46,976 bases of DNA from the NCBI GenBank assembly GCA_946497925.1, contig CAMMMG010000004.1, positions 1 to 46,976 on the forward strand, given 5' to 3'. Shown in pieces: positions 10,589-19,440 of this stretch (position 1 is its first letter; every line of letters starts with the position of its first letter). The notes under the pieces are model-generated. The model did not search any database. It was not told the origin of the DNA and was given only the letters and a program-made list of their open reading frames with translations. Position numbers and translations under genes: made by a program. Source of the stretch: an uncultured Mycoplasmatota bacterium. GTDB taxonomy: Bacteria; Bacillota_I; Bacilli_A; RF39; UBA660.

Positions 10589-11458
10589 GTGGTTCTTATT
10601 AAAAAGGTTATAGAAGTGATATTTGTCATATTACTTGTTCTTTTTTCTTTTTATTATACAGAGAAAGCGATTATTTTATTAGAGTCTAACGATCCCATTA
10701 TGAAAGAGATAAAAGATAAGGGAAAGAGTAGGGAGGAAGATGCGATTAATGCTAAAGTAGAAGGAGATTACTTAATACCTGGATATAATGGTCTTATTAT
10801 AGATTTAGAGACTAGTTTTAATAAGATGAAAGGTTATGGTAGTTATAATGAGGCTCTATTAGTGTTTGAAGAAGTAGAACCTACTATATCGATAGATGAT
10901 TATTATGACAAATACATAAGTAGTGGTAATGGAATTAGTACTAACATAGCATTAGTCTTTACAGTCGATGATAGTAGTTATACTGATAATTTATTGGATA
11001 TTTTAAAAGAAATGAATGCAGTGGGAACATTTTTTATAGATGGTAAATTTACTGATAATAATACATCGTTTGTAAGCCAAGCTATGGGAAATGGCAATGA
11101 AGTAGAAGTACTCAGTTATGATAAAACATATGATGAACTTTTATTTAAAGCATCTATTGATAAGATAAAAACACTTACTAGTACTACACCTAAATATTGT
11201 TATGCAACCTATGATAATGAAGAGGTATTAAATCTATGTAGTAAGTTATCTATGCATACTATTATACCTACTTTAAGACTTGATAGTAATATTTATAGTG
11301 ATGCTAAAGGTAATCTTAGAAGTGGTAGTATTATAAGTGTTAAATTAACAGAAGAAAATGTAAAAGAGTTAAAAGTGTTAATTAATTATATTAAACAAAG
11401 GGGTTTTACTTTAGTAACACTTGATACATTACTTAATGAAGCAAGAACTGAAAAGTAG
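10589..11458 (+). CDS. polysaccharide deacetylase-like sporulation protein (YlxY/SwsB-like), catalytic motifs degenerate
   Basis: N-terminal TM, IPGYNG, IALVFTVD in place of TFDDG, GTFFIDG, NEVEVLSY in place of HEIGNHSY, and GSII. Confidence 0.7.
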   Translation: MVLIKKVIEVIFVILLVLFSFYYTEKAIILLESNDPIMKEIKDKGKSREEDAINAKVEGDYLIPGYNGLIIDLETSFNKMKGYGSYNEALLVFEEVEPTISIDDYYDKYISSGNGISTNIALVFTVDDSSYTDNLLDILKEMNAVGTFFIDGKFTDNNTSFVSQAMGNGNEVEVLSYDKTYDELLFKASIDKIKTLTSTTPKYCYATYDNEEVLNLCSKLSMHTIIPTLRLDSNIYSDAKGNLRSGSIISVKLTEENVKELKVLINYIKQRGFTLVTLDTLLNEARTEK

Positions 11459-11533
11459 AGGATAGTTTTCTTACCAATCCTTAAAAATATTCTAATAACT
11501 CATACAAGATAAATGAAGTTAAAATAATAAGAA

Positions 11534-11566
11534 ACGACAAATTATTCGTTTTCTTTTTTATATACT
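11534..11566 (+). promoter_or_regulatory. spoIIG-type promoter (over-spaced sigma-A promoter with a Spo0A-box-like -35)
   Basis: ACGACA-N21-TATACT upstream of spoIIGA resembles the over-spaced, Spo0A-dependent spoIIG promoter of B. subtilis. Confidence 0.4.
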
Positions 11567-11573
11567 TAAAACG

Positions 11574-12371
11574 GTGGTAGGAATGAAAGTGTATTTAGAT
11601 CTAATATTCTTTATTAATTTCATGTTTGATTTACTCCTTTTAATGACAGTTAGTATAGAGTGTAAAATCTTTTCTAAAAAAATAAGATTACTTATTTCTT
11701 CCTTATTGGGAAGTCTTAGCACATTTCTTTTATTCCTACCCTTAAATAATTTTTCTTTATTTCTTTTTAAAGTAGTAATAAGTATTATTATGATCTTTGT
11801 AGGCTTTAAAATAACATCTAAAGAACTACTTTTTACTCTTTTAAAGAGTCTTTATGGAAATAGTATTATTTTAGGGGGACTTATTTATTTTTTAAATAAT
11901 CAATTTAGTTATAAACAAAAAGGTTTTATCTTTATTCATGATGGAACAAGTTTAAATTTAATAATTATTTTAATTAGTAGTCCTATTATCTTTTACTTAT
12001 ATCATAAAATGATAGTAGAAGAGAAGAGGAAAAGAGAATTACTACATAGAGTATCTATTAAATGTAAGAAAGGTTCTATTGATACGTTAGGATATTTAGA
12101 TACAGGTAATAATATTAAAGACCCTTATAAAAGACGTGGAATTATTATAATAAATTCTAGTGAAATAAATCTCAGTTTAGAAGAATCTATTTTAGTACCA
12201 TTTAAAACTGTAGATTCTAATAGTTTACTTAGATGTATAGAAATAGAGGAGTTAATAATAGATGATAATTTAATTAAAAAAAAGTACTTATTAGGAGTTA
12301 GCCCTAAAAATATAGAGATTAAGGGAGCTAGTTGTATACTTCCTAATATAATAGAGGAGGAATTAAAATGA
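11574..12371 (+). CDS. spoIIGA: sigma-E processing aspartic peptidase SpoIIGA
   Basis: VYLDLIFFINFMFD N-terminus, multiple TM helices and LDTGN catalytic motif; ATGA overlap with sigE. The start may be ATG 11583. Confidence 0.92.
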   Translation: MVGMKVYLDLIFFINFMFDLLLLMTVSIECKIFSKKIRLLISSLLGSLSTFLLFLPLNNFSLFLFKVVISIIMIFVGFKITSKELLFTLLKSLYGNSIILGGLIYFLNNQFSYKQKGFIFIHDGTSLNLIIILISSPIIFYLYHKMIVEEKRKRELLHRVSIKCKKGSIDTLGYLDTGNNIKDPYKRRGIIIINSSEINLSLEESILVPFKTVDSNSLLRCIEIEELIIDDNLIKKKYLLGVSPKNIEIKGASCILPNIIEEELK

Positions 12372-13060
12372 TTAGTTTACTTTATTTAGTAGCATTTTTG
12401 CTTGATAAGTCTTGCGAAATATTTTATGTAGGTAGTAGTGATATCTTACCAGAACCATTATCTAGAGAAGATGAAGAAGCCTATCTTGTTATGGCTATGG
12501 ATGGAGATATTCATGCTAGAGATGTTTTAATTGAACATAATTTAAGATTAGTAGTATTTCTTGCTAAGAAGTATGAAAATACAAAAGTTGATTTAGAAGA
12601 TTTAGTTAGTATTGGTACAATTGGTCTTATAAAGGGAATAAATACTTTTAAACCTGATAAAAATATAAAACTTGCAACTTATGCATCACGTTGTATAGAT
12701 AATGAGATACTTATGTATTTAAGAAAAATTAAAAAATCAAAGACAGAAGTTAGTATAGATGCATCGTTGAGCTTTGATGCAGAAGGAAATGAATTACATC
12801 TTGAAGATATTTTAGGAACTGATGCTGATATTGTAACAAAAGGAATTGAAGAAGAAACTGATAAAAAATTAATGTTAGATGAAGTTATGCGACTTAATCC
12901 AAGAGATAGAGATATTATTATACTAAGATATGGTCTTATGGGACACAATGAACTAACTCAAAAAGAAGTAGCAGAACTACTTGGTATTAGTCAGTCTTAT
13001 ATATCAAGAATTGAAAAGAAAGTAATTAGGAGGTTAAAGAATATAGTTAAGTATTCGTAA
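12368..13060 (+). CDS. sigE: sporulation sigma factor pro-sigma-E
   Basis: Pro-sequence then FYVGSSDILPEPL, HNLRLVV, DLVSIGTIGLIK, KLATYASRCIDNEILM and ISQSYISRIEK; directly follows spoIIGA. Confidence 0.95.
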   Translation: MISLLYLVAFLLDKSCEIFYVGSSDILPEPLSREDEEAYLVMAMDGDIHARDVLIEHNLRLVVFLAKKYENTKVDLEDLVSIGTIGLIKGINTFKPDKNIKLATYASRCIDNEILMYLRKIKKSKTEVSIDASLSFDAEGNELHLEDILGTDADIVTKGIEEETDKKLMLDEVMRLNPRDRDIIILRYGLMGHNELTQKEVAELLGISQSYISRIEKKVIRRLKNIVKYS

Positions 13061-13064
13061 TATT

Positions 13065-13220
13065 ATGAAAAGTGAAAAAGAAGCGTTGATGAGGCTTAGA
13101 TATTTATATAAAATAAAAAAGAGTAAAGAATTAGGCCTTGTTAATAATGATATTGATTTTAAGAATAAATATTTTAAAGACTTAGAAGAGTTTAAAAGAA
13201 AATATATAGGAATTAAATAG
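13065..13220 (+). CDS. small basic hypothetical protein (51 aa)
   Basis: Open frame ATG...TAG starting 4 nt after the sigE stop; no clear RBS. Confidence 0.35.
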   Translation: MKSEKEALMRLRYLYKIKKSKELGLVNNDIDFKNKYFKDLEEFKRKYIGIK

Positions 13221-13240
13221 TAATATTTAGTTCTTTTTCG

Positions 13241-13289
13241 TTGACTTAAGGATTTAATTTTATTACAATTTAATTGATAATAATTATTA
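13241..13289 (+). promoter_or_regulatory. sigma-A promoter with a Fur/Per box
   Basis: TTGACT-N17-TACAAT, then TGATAAT-A-ATTATTA (13275-13289), one mismatch from the 7-1-7 Fur box TGATAATnATTATCA. Confidence 0.7.
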
Positions 13290-13302
13290 ATAAGGTATAG
13301 AT

Positions 13303-13671
13303 ATGAAAAGAAATACAATACAAAGATAAGAGATAATAGAAGTGTTGAAGAATAACTATATAAAAAGTTGTGTGACCTATTAAAGGATAAAAATATAGGA
13401 CAAGCGACTATATAGAATAGTTAAGAGTCTAGTTAGTGATGATATAATTAAAAGAGTAGAACATCCTGATGGCATTCGCTATAATTATAGAAAAGACCAT
13501 TATCACTTTTACTGTCTTAAGTGTAATAAAATTACTGATGTACTTCTAGATAAAACCATAATTGATAATATGTTATCAGCTTCTAATTTAAAAGATGTTA
13601 GAACAATTAACTTAGTATTTGAAGGCATATATGATAGTTGTAAAGGAAAGAGTAGTTATGGAATTAAGTAA
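13303..13671 (+). pseudogene. Fur/PerR-family regulator pseudogene
   Basis: MKRNTIQR* (TAA at 13327), then fragments ...NIGQATI / RIVKSLV...HYHFYCLKCNKITDV...FEGIYDSC across frameshifts; the last CxxC is reduced to YxxC. Confidence 0.85.
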
Positions 13672-14962
13672 GGCAGTTAGGATTGATGAAGATAATTCTA
13701 GTATTAAAAGAGTTAAAGAAAGATGTATTGATTGTGGTAGATGTAAGACTATCTGTAGAGATGTTGTAGGAATTAGCTATGATGAAAAATGTAAGGAAGC
13801 AGTGTGTATAAACTGTGGGCAGTGTATTTTAAATTGTCCTGTTGGGGCCTTAGTTCCTAAATATGATTATAAGAGGGTCTTAGATTATTTGCATGACACT
13901 GAAAAACTAGTAACTATATCAGTAGCACCTGCAGTTAGAACATCAATCGGTGAAGGTTTTGGACTAGAACCAGGTATATTTCTTGAAAAAGAGTTAGTTG
14001 GAGCCTTAAAAGAAGTAGGTTTTGACTATGTCTTTGATGTAACCTTCGGTGCAGATATGACGGTTATGGAAGAAGCGTATGAGTTAGTTGATAGACTAAA
14101 AAATAAGAAAACTTTACCTATATTTACCTCATGTTGTCCATCATGGGTTAAATATTTAGAAATATATCATCCTGATAAATTAAGTCATCTATCTACTGTT
14201 AAGAGTCCTATAGGGATACAAAGTTCTGTTATTAATACTTACTTTTTAAAAATGATGAATATACCAAAAGAAAAAATAGTTAATGTTGTAGTAGCACCTT
14301 GCACTGCAAAAAAATATGAAATAAAAAGAACAGAACTGGGTATGGATATATGTCTTACAACTAGCGAATTAGTCTTACTTTTAAAAGAATCAAATATTGA
14401 TATAAAAAAGGTAAAACCTAAAGAGTTTGATTCTCTTTTATCAAAAGGAAGTGGAGCAGGACTTATCTTTGGTAGAAGTGGGGGAGTATTAGAGTCAGTT
14501 CTTAGATGCGCTAACTATATAATAACAGGAAAAGATAAAATTATAGATTCTTTAGCTCTTGAAGAAAATAAAAAATGTGGTACAATAAATAAGGCAATGA
14601 TTAATATTGGAACATATAAATTAAGAGTTGCAAGTATCCAAGGTATGAAGAGTGTTGAAGAAGTACTTAAAGACTTAGATAGTTATGACTTTATAGAAGT
14701 TATGAATTGTCCTTTAGGATGTGTATCAGGTGGAGGACAAGTACTAAATACTATTAGTAAGATGGATGAAATAAATAAAAAAAGGGCCGAATCTTTAGAA
14801 GAAGATGATAAAAATAATAGTATTAGGTTTTGTTATAAAAATCCTGATGTTATAAATATTTATAAAACATATTTAGATTATCCTAATAGTCCTAAAGCAC
14901 TTAAGCTTATTCATACTAAGTTTAAAGATAGAAGTAGTATATTAAGAGATTTATCTCTTTAA
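13658..14962 (+). CDS. monomeric [FeFe]-hydrogenase with a 2x[4Fe-4S] domain
   Basis: CIDCGRC and CINCGQCILNCP ferredoxin motifs; H-cluster motifs TSCCPSW, APCTAKKYE and EVMNCPLGCVSGGG. ATG 13658 after GGAAAGAG is the likely start. Confidence 0.93.
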   Translation: MELSKAVRIDEDNSSIKRVKERCIDCGRCKTICRDVVGISYDEKCKEAVCINCGQCILNCPVGALVPKYDYKRVLDYLHDTEKLVTISVAPAVRTSIGEGFGLEPGIFLEKELVGALKEVGFDYVFDVTFGADMTVMEEAYELVDRLKNKKTLPIFTSCCPSWVKYLEIYHPDKLSHLSTVKSPIGIQSSVINTYFLKMMNIPKEKIVNVVVAPCTAKKYEIKRTELGMDICLTTSELVLLLKESNIDIKKVKPKEFDSLLSKGSGAGLIFGRSGGVLESVLRCANYIITGKDKIIDSLALEENKKCGTINKAMINIGTYKLRVASIQGMKSVEEVLKDLDSYDFIEVMNCPLGCVSGGGQVLNTISKMDEINKKRAESLEEDDKNNSIRFCYKNPDVINIYKTYLDYPNSPKALKLIHTKFKDRSSILRDLSL

Positions 14963-14994
14963 TATAAATAAATTATAGAAGGAAGGTATTAAAT

Positions 14995-15537
14995 ATGGAA
15001 TTAAAAGGTTCAAAAACTGAACAAAACTTAATGACAGCTTTTGCTGGAGAAAGTCAAGCTCGTAATAAATATACATATTACGCAAGTAAAGCTCGTAAAG
15101 ATGGTTATGAACAAATAGCAGCTATTTTTGAAGAAACTGCTAATAATGAAAAGGAACATGCTAAACTATGGTTTAAAGAATTACATGGTGGAGATATTCC
15201 TGATACTATGATTAACTTAGAAGACGCTGCTGCTGGTGAAAACTATGAGTGGACTGATATGTATAAAGGCTTTGCTGAGACTGCTAGAGAAGAAGGATTT
15301 GATCGTTTAGCATTCCTATTTGAGAGTGTAGCAAAGATTGAGAAAGAACATGAAGAAAGATACTTAACACTTCTTAAGAATGTTAAAGATAATAGAGTAT
15401 TCCATAAAGATGGAGACAAGATTTGGATTTGTCGTAATTGTGGACATGTATATGTTGGTAAAGATGCTCTTGATGTATGTCCAGTATGTAACCATCCACA
15501 AAGTTTTATGGAAGTTAAAGCAGATAACTATGAATAA
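14995..15537 (+). CDS. rbr: rubrerythrin
   Basis: [17 protein letters not shown] and EKEHE diiron motifs; C-terminal CRNCG...CPVC rubredoxin domain. Confidence 0.96.
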   Translation: MELKGSKTEQNLMTAFAGESQARNKYTYYASKARKDGYEQIAAIFEETANNEKEHAKLWFKELHGGDIPDTMINLEDAAAGENYEWTDMYKGFAETAREEGFDRLAFLFESVAKIEKEHEERYLTLLKNVKDNRVFHKDGDKIWICRNCGHVYVGKDALDVCPVCNHPQSFMEVKADNYE

Positions 15538-15562
15538 AAGAGCTTGTCTAAGTTCTTTTTTT
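15536..15562 (+). terminator. intrinsic terminator after rbr
   Basis: AAAAGAGCTT-gtct-AAGTTCTTTT followed by a T-run. Confidence 0.65.
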
Positions 15563-15666
15563 GTATGATAGGAAAGTTTCGTAACATATAATAAATAAAA
15601 TCATATTTTCGCTTGACGTTTAAGCTAATTTTTTCTATCATATAGTATGTAGATAGGAGATTATAT

Positions 15667-16203
15667 ATGGAGATTAAAAAGATAGTAACAGGGGCATTAG
15701 AAGAGAATTGTTATGTATTAAGTAAAGATGGAACATGCTTAATTGTAGATCCTGGTAGTGATAGTAAAGCTATTAAAGAATTAGTTGGTGAAGATAAAAT
15801 TATAGGAGTTTTAGTTACTCATGCTCATTTTGATCATATTGGAGCGTTGAGAGATTTCTTGAATTCTAATAGAAGATTAAAAATATTTAAGAAAAGTAAT
15901 CTTAATGATATGAAAGAAGTTGAAGTTGGAACATTTAAATTTATTCCTATAATGACTCCAGGTCATAGTAGTGATTCAGTAACATTTTACTTTAAAGATG
16001 ATAATGCAATGTTTGTAGGAGATTTTATCTTTAGAGATACTGTTGGTAGATGTGACCTTCCTACAGGAAGTAGTGAAGAGATGGACAAATCTATTGAAAA
16101 AATTAAAACTTATGATGATTCCATTGCTCTATATCCAGGTCATGGAGATGAAACTACTTTGGGTAGAGAAAAACAGTATAATTTATATTTTATGGAAAAA
16201 TAA
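15667..16203 (+). CDS. MBL-fold metallo-hydrolase (glyoxalase II-like)
   Basis: THAHFDH, TPGH, GD and PGHG motifs; promoter TTGACG-N17-TATCAT at 15613-15641. Confidence 0.9.
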   Translation: MEIKKIVTGALEENCYVLSKDGTCLIVDPGSDSKAIKELVGEDKIIGVLVTHAHFDHIGALRDFLNSNRRLKIFKKSNLNDMKEVEVGTFKFIPIMTPGHSSDSVTFYFKDDNAMFVGDFIFRDTVGRCDLPTGSSEEMDKSIEKIKTYDDSIALYPGHGDETTLGREKQYNLYFMEK

Positions 16204-16209
16204 GGAGTT

Positions 16210-16530
16210 GTGGTTATGTATATTGATTTAGTGGTATTAGTTGTTTTAATATTAGTAGTAATAATGTATTTTAGGAGATTTTCCAGTTTTGTTTATTTTA
16301 TAGGAATTGTAGATATCTTTTTAAGAATATTAACATTTATTAAAAATAATATTGGGCTTCCTGACCTTTCTGCAGTTATTGATAATTATATTCCTGAAAG
16401 TATTTTAGCGATTGTATCTAATTATACAGATGGAATTCTTTATACGATTATCGCTTGGGCATACATTGTGATAATGGCTATATTCTTATTTTATAATACT
16501 AAGTTCTTTATTAAGAAGAAAAAGATATAG
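16210..16530 (+). CDS. small membrane protein
   Basis: AAGGAG RBS; about three TM helices with a basic tail. Confidence 0.7.
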   Translation: MVMYIDLVVLVVLILVVIMYFRRFSSFVYFIGIVDIFLRILTFIKNNIGLPDLSAVIDNYIPESILAIVSNYTDGILYTIIAWAYIVIMAIFLFYNTKFFIKKKKI

Positions 16531-16541
16531 GAGGGATTATT

Positions 16542-17198
16542 TTGAAGAAAAATAACACTTGGATAAAAGTTGTAATTATAATTATTGTTATAGAAATATT
16601 AATTGGTGCAGGTATTTTAGCATATAAAAAAATAGGACTAAAAGATGGTAATAGTATTTCTGTTAAAGATAAAGAAGTTAAAGCTTTATATGAAAAGATT
16701 GCCTATAATGATATTGATTCCTTAGATGTTCTAAGTCCTAAAATTATGTTATATTATGGTTATAAAAATATGGAAGTGAATGAGTCTATTAACTGTGATG
16801 TAGTTAATACTACTGATGATACTAATGGTTATAGTTGTGAAGGAATTGTTGACTTTGTTCCTAGTAAGGAAATAGAGAAGTCAGTTAAAGATATATATGG
16901 ACCTAATATTACAATAACATCAACATCATTTGAGACAGATGCTAATCATTATGCTTTTTATGATGAGGAGATGGATGGTTATGCTATATATACTAAAGAT
17001 GAAGAAGTTAGTGTAGATCCAATTAATATGAAATTGAGTGACGCTACTTTAGATGATGATGAAAATATTACTCTAACAGTAGAAGTTCTAGATGGAGTAT
17101 TTGGAACAGTTAAAGATACTTATAATTTTACATTTACTAAAGATGGTGATAATTATTATCTAACAGGAAAAGAAATAGTTACAAGTAAGGAGGACTAG
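16542..17198 (+). CDS. membrane-anchored acidic hypothetical protein
   Basis: GGAGG RBS, TTG start and N-terminal TM. Confidence 0.7.
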   Translation: MKKNNTWIKVVIIIIVIEILIGAGILAYKKIGLKDGNSISVKDKEVKALYEKIAYNDIDSLDVLSPKIMLYYGYKNMEVNESINCDVVNTTDDTNGYSCEGIVDFVPSKEIEKSVKDIYGPNITITSTSFETDANHYAFYDEEMDGYAIYTKDEEVSVDPINMKLSDATLDDDENITLTVEVLDGVFGTVKDTYNFTFTKDGDNYYLTGKEIVTSKED

Positions 17199-17201
17199 TT
17201 T

Positions 17202-17639
17202 ATGTTTGATAAAATTAAAAGTGATATGGTAAAAGCGATGAAAGAGCAAGATAAGTTTAAACTTTCTGTTATTAGAATGATTAAGGGTTCTATTGATAAA
17301 GAACGTATTGATAAGAAAATAGAAATAACAGATGAAGTAGTTATAGATGTTCTTGCGAAAGAGTTAAAAACAAGAGAAGAATCTAGATTAGAGTTTAGTA
17401 GGGCAGGTAGAACTGATTTAGTAGAAGGTTTAGATAAAGAAATCGCTATTATTAAAGAATATCTGCCAGAACCATTAACAGAGGAAGAAGTAGATAAAAT
17501 AATAGATAAGGCCTTTAAAGAGACAGAAGCATCTTCTATAAAAGATATGGGTAAAGTAATGAAAGTAGTTACTCCTAAAGTAAAAGGAAGATGTGATATG
17601 AAGGAAGTATCTAGTAAAATAAAAGCGAAATTAAGTTAA
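17202..17639 (+). CDS. yqeY: GatB/YqeY domain protein
   Basis: AMK...LSVIRM, AGRTDL, YLPEPL and DMGKVMK motifs. Confidence 0.9.
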   Translation: MFDKIKSDMVKAMKEQDKFKLSVIRMIKGSIDKERIDKKIEITDEVVIDVLAKELKTREESRLEFSRAGRTDLVEGLDKEIAIIKEYLPEPLTEEEVDKIIDKAFKETEASSIKDMGKVMKVVTPKVKGRCDMKEVSSKIKAKLS

Positions 17640-17676
17640 AAAAACTATCCTTTCTACATATTCTATAGAAGAAAGG

Positions 17677-18393
17677 ATGGTTTTTATTATGAAGATTATC
17701 GCTCATAAAAGTAATTTGTATAATAATAAAACCTTTATTGAGTCTGTTAATAGTTTAGAAGGTTTGACTGGTGTTATGTTAGATATAGTTATGACTAGGG
17801 ATAAGCAAGTATTGGTATTTTCTCCTGTAACTACAAATAAAATAACTATTAATACAATACAAAATAGTAATTTGGAAGAATTAACTTATTATGATATTTT
17901 AACATTAGATGACGCTCTTAATATGTTAAATAACTTTAAAGGGAAAATTATTATTAATTTATTACCTTTAAATGAAGCGTTACTTATAGAAGATTATCAA
18001 AAAATAGTTTCTAATAATTTAAGTTATACAGAAGAGGTAAAGAAAGTAACAGATAGATTTCCTAATTTAGATATTTATGTATGTAGTAGTAGTTATAATC
18101 TTTTATATCAAATTATTAGAGTGTTTACTAATAGAAAAAATGGGGTAGTACTAAGTGAAGATAGTGGTAGTTATATAGATGTAGATTTTTATATCTTTAT
18201 ACCTAGTATGTTAAATGAGAAGATAATGGCAGAACAGTTAAGTATAGGTAAAGAAGTAATGGTAAAGATGGAAGATGCTGATGATATATCTATAGTAATA
18301 AGTTTTTTAGAGAAAAATAGAAAAAATAAAGAAAATTATCAATATATTACAAATCATGCGAAAATATTTTATTATAGTGTAAATAATATATAG
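17677..18393 (+). CDS. degenerate glycerophosphodiester phosphodiesterase-fold protein
   Basis: IIAHK, MLDIVMTRDKQVLVF and ILTLDDAL resemble GDPD motifs (AHRG, ExD..TKD..V.HD, IPTL.E) but lack the catalytic residues. Confidence 0.5.
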   Translation: MVFIMKIIAHKSNLYNNKTFIESVNSLEGLTGVMLDIVMTRDKQVLVFSPVTTNKITINTIQNSNLEELTYYDILTLDDALNMLNNFKGKIIINLLPLNEALLIEDYQKIVSNNLSYTEEVKKVTDRFPNLDIYVCSSSYNLLYQIIRVFTNRKNGVVLSEDSGSYIDVDFYIFIPSMLNEKIMAEQLSIGKEVMVKMEDADDISIVISFLEKNRKNKENYQYITNHAKIFYYSVNNI

Positions 18394-18423
18394 GGATAGG
18401 AATTATAGTAAAGGATGTAGTTT

Positions 18424-19401
18424 ATGAATAAGTTAGAGATATTTAAAGAGCTAGAAAAATTAGATTTACCTAAAGATAAGTATATAGTAATTAGTGGAGC
18501 GAGTTTAGTAGTTCAAGATATTATAGAAGAAATAGATGATATAGGCTTAACTTGTTCTAAAGAGTTTTATGATGAGTTAGATTGGCCTACTAGAATAGGA
18601 GCTTTTGGTGTAGAAATAAAATATAAAGATTGTTTTGAGATAAGTGATAATTTATATGAATATCAAGATATAGTTTTAATTAATAGTTATAGATTCTTAT
18701 CATTAGAAGAGTGTTTAGAAATAAAGAAAAGATTAAATAGACCTAAAGATAAAAAGTTAATAAAAGACTTAGAACTAAAAGTATGTCTTAAAGATAATTA
18801 TTATTTTGAAAGAAAATTAAGAAAAGAAGGAATAAACTTTATCGCTGGGGTTGATGAAGTAGGAAGAGGTCCTTTAGTAGGTCCTGTTGTCGCCGCTTGT
18901 GTTGTTTTACCAGAACAATTTAATTTAGATGGCTTAACTGATTCTAAAAAACTTAGTGAAAAGAAAAGAGAGTATTTTTATGATGAGATTATGAAGCAAG
19001 CTTTAGGAGTAGGTGTTGGTATTATAAGCGAGAGAAAAATAGATGAAGTTAATATTTATGAAGCGACAAAGATGGCAATGAAGGAAGCGATTAATAATTG
19101 TTCTTGTAAGATAGAACATGTCTTAATAGATGCGATGAGGCTAGATATAGATATTCCAAGTACTTCTATTATTAAAGGAGATTTAAAGAGTATTACAATA
19201 TCTGCTGCTTCCGTAATTGCTAAAGTAACAAGAGATAGAATGTTAGATGAACTAGATAGTAAATACCCTATGTATGACTTTAAAAATAATAAAGGTTATC
19301 CTACTAAGAAACACATAGAAGCCATTAAAAAATATGGAATAATAGATGAACATAGAAGAAGTTACGGACCTGTTAGTGAATATTTAGAGTTGACAAAGTA
19401 A
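18424..19401 (+). CDS. rnhB: ribonuclease HII with an extra ~120-aa N-terminal domain
   Basis: [38 protein letters not shown] and HRRSY motifs in the C-terminal ~200 aa. Confidence 0.92.
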   Translation: MNKLEIFKELEKLDLPKDKYIVISGASLVVQDIIEEIDDIGLTCSKEFYDELDWPTRIGAFGVEIKYKDCFEISDNLYEYQDIVLINSYRFLSLEECLEIKKRLNRPKDKKLIKDLELKVCLKDNYYFERKLRKEGINFIAGVDEVGRGPLVGPVVAACVVLPEQFNLDGLTDSKKLSEKKREYFYDEIMKQALGVGVGIISERKIDEVNIYEATKMAMKEAINNCSCKIEHVLIDAMRLDIDIPSTSIIKGDLKSITISAASVIAKVTRDRMLDELDSKYPMYDFKNNKGYPTKKHIEAIKKYGIIDEHRRSYGPVSEYLELTK

Positions 19402-19418
19402 TGATTCTCATGTATAAA
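19390..19418 (+). promoter_or_regulatory. sigma-A promoter of topA
   Basis: TTGACA-N17-TATAAA. Confidence 0.6.
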
Positions 19419-19440
19419 TTTGTATGAAAGAAGGGATTAG

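Noticed and set aside
13619-13657. TTG start for the hydrogenase
   Set aside because: It lies within the fur remnant; ATG 13658 has an RBS-like sequence and gives a typical N-terminus.
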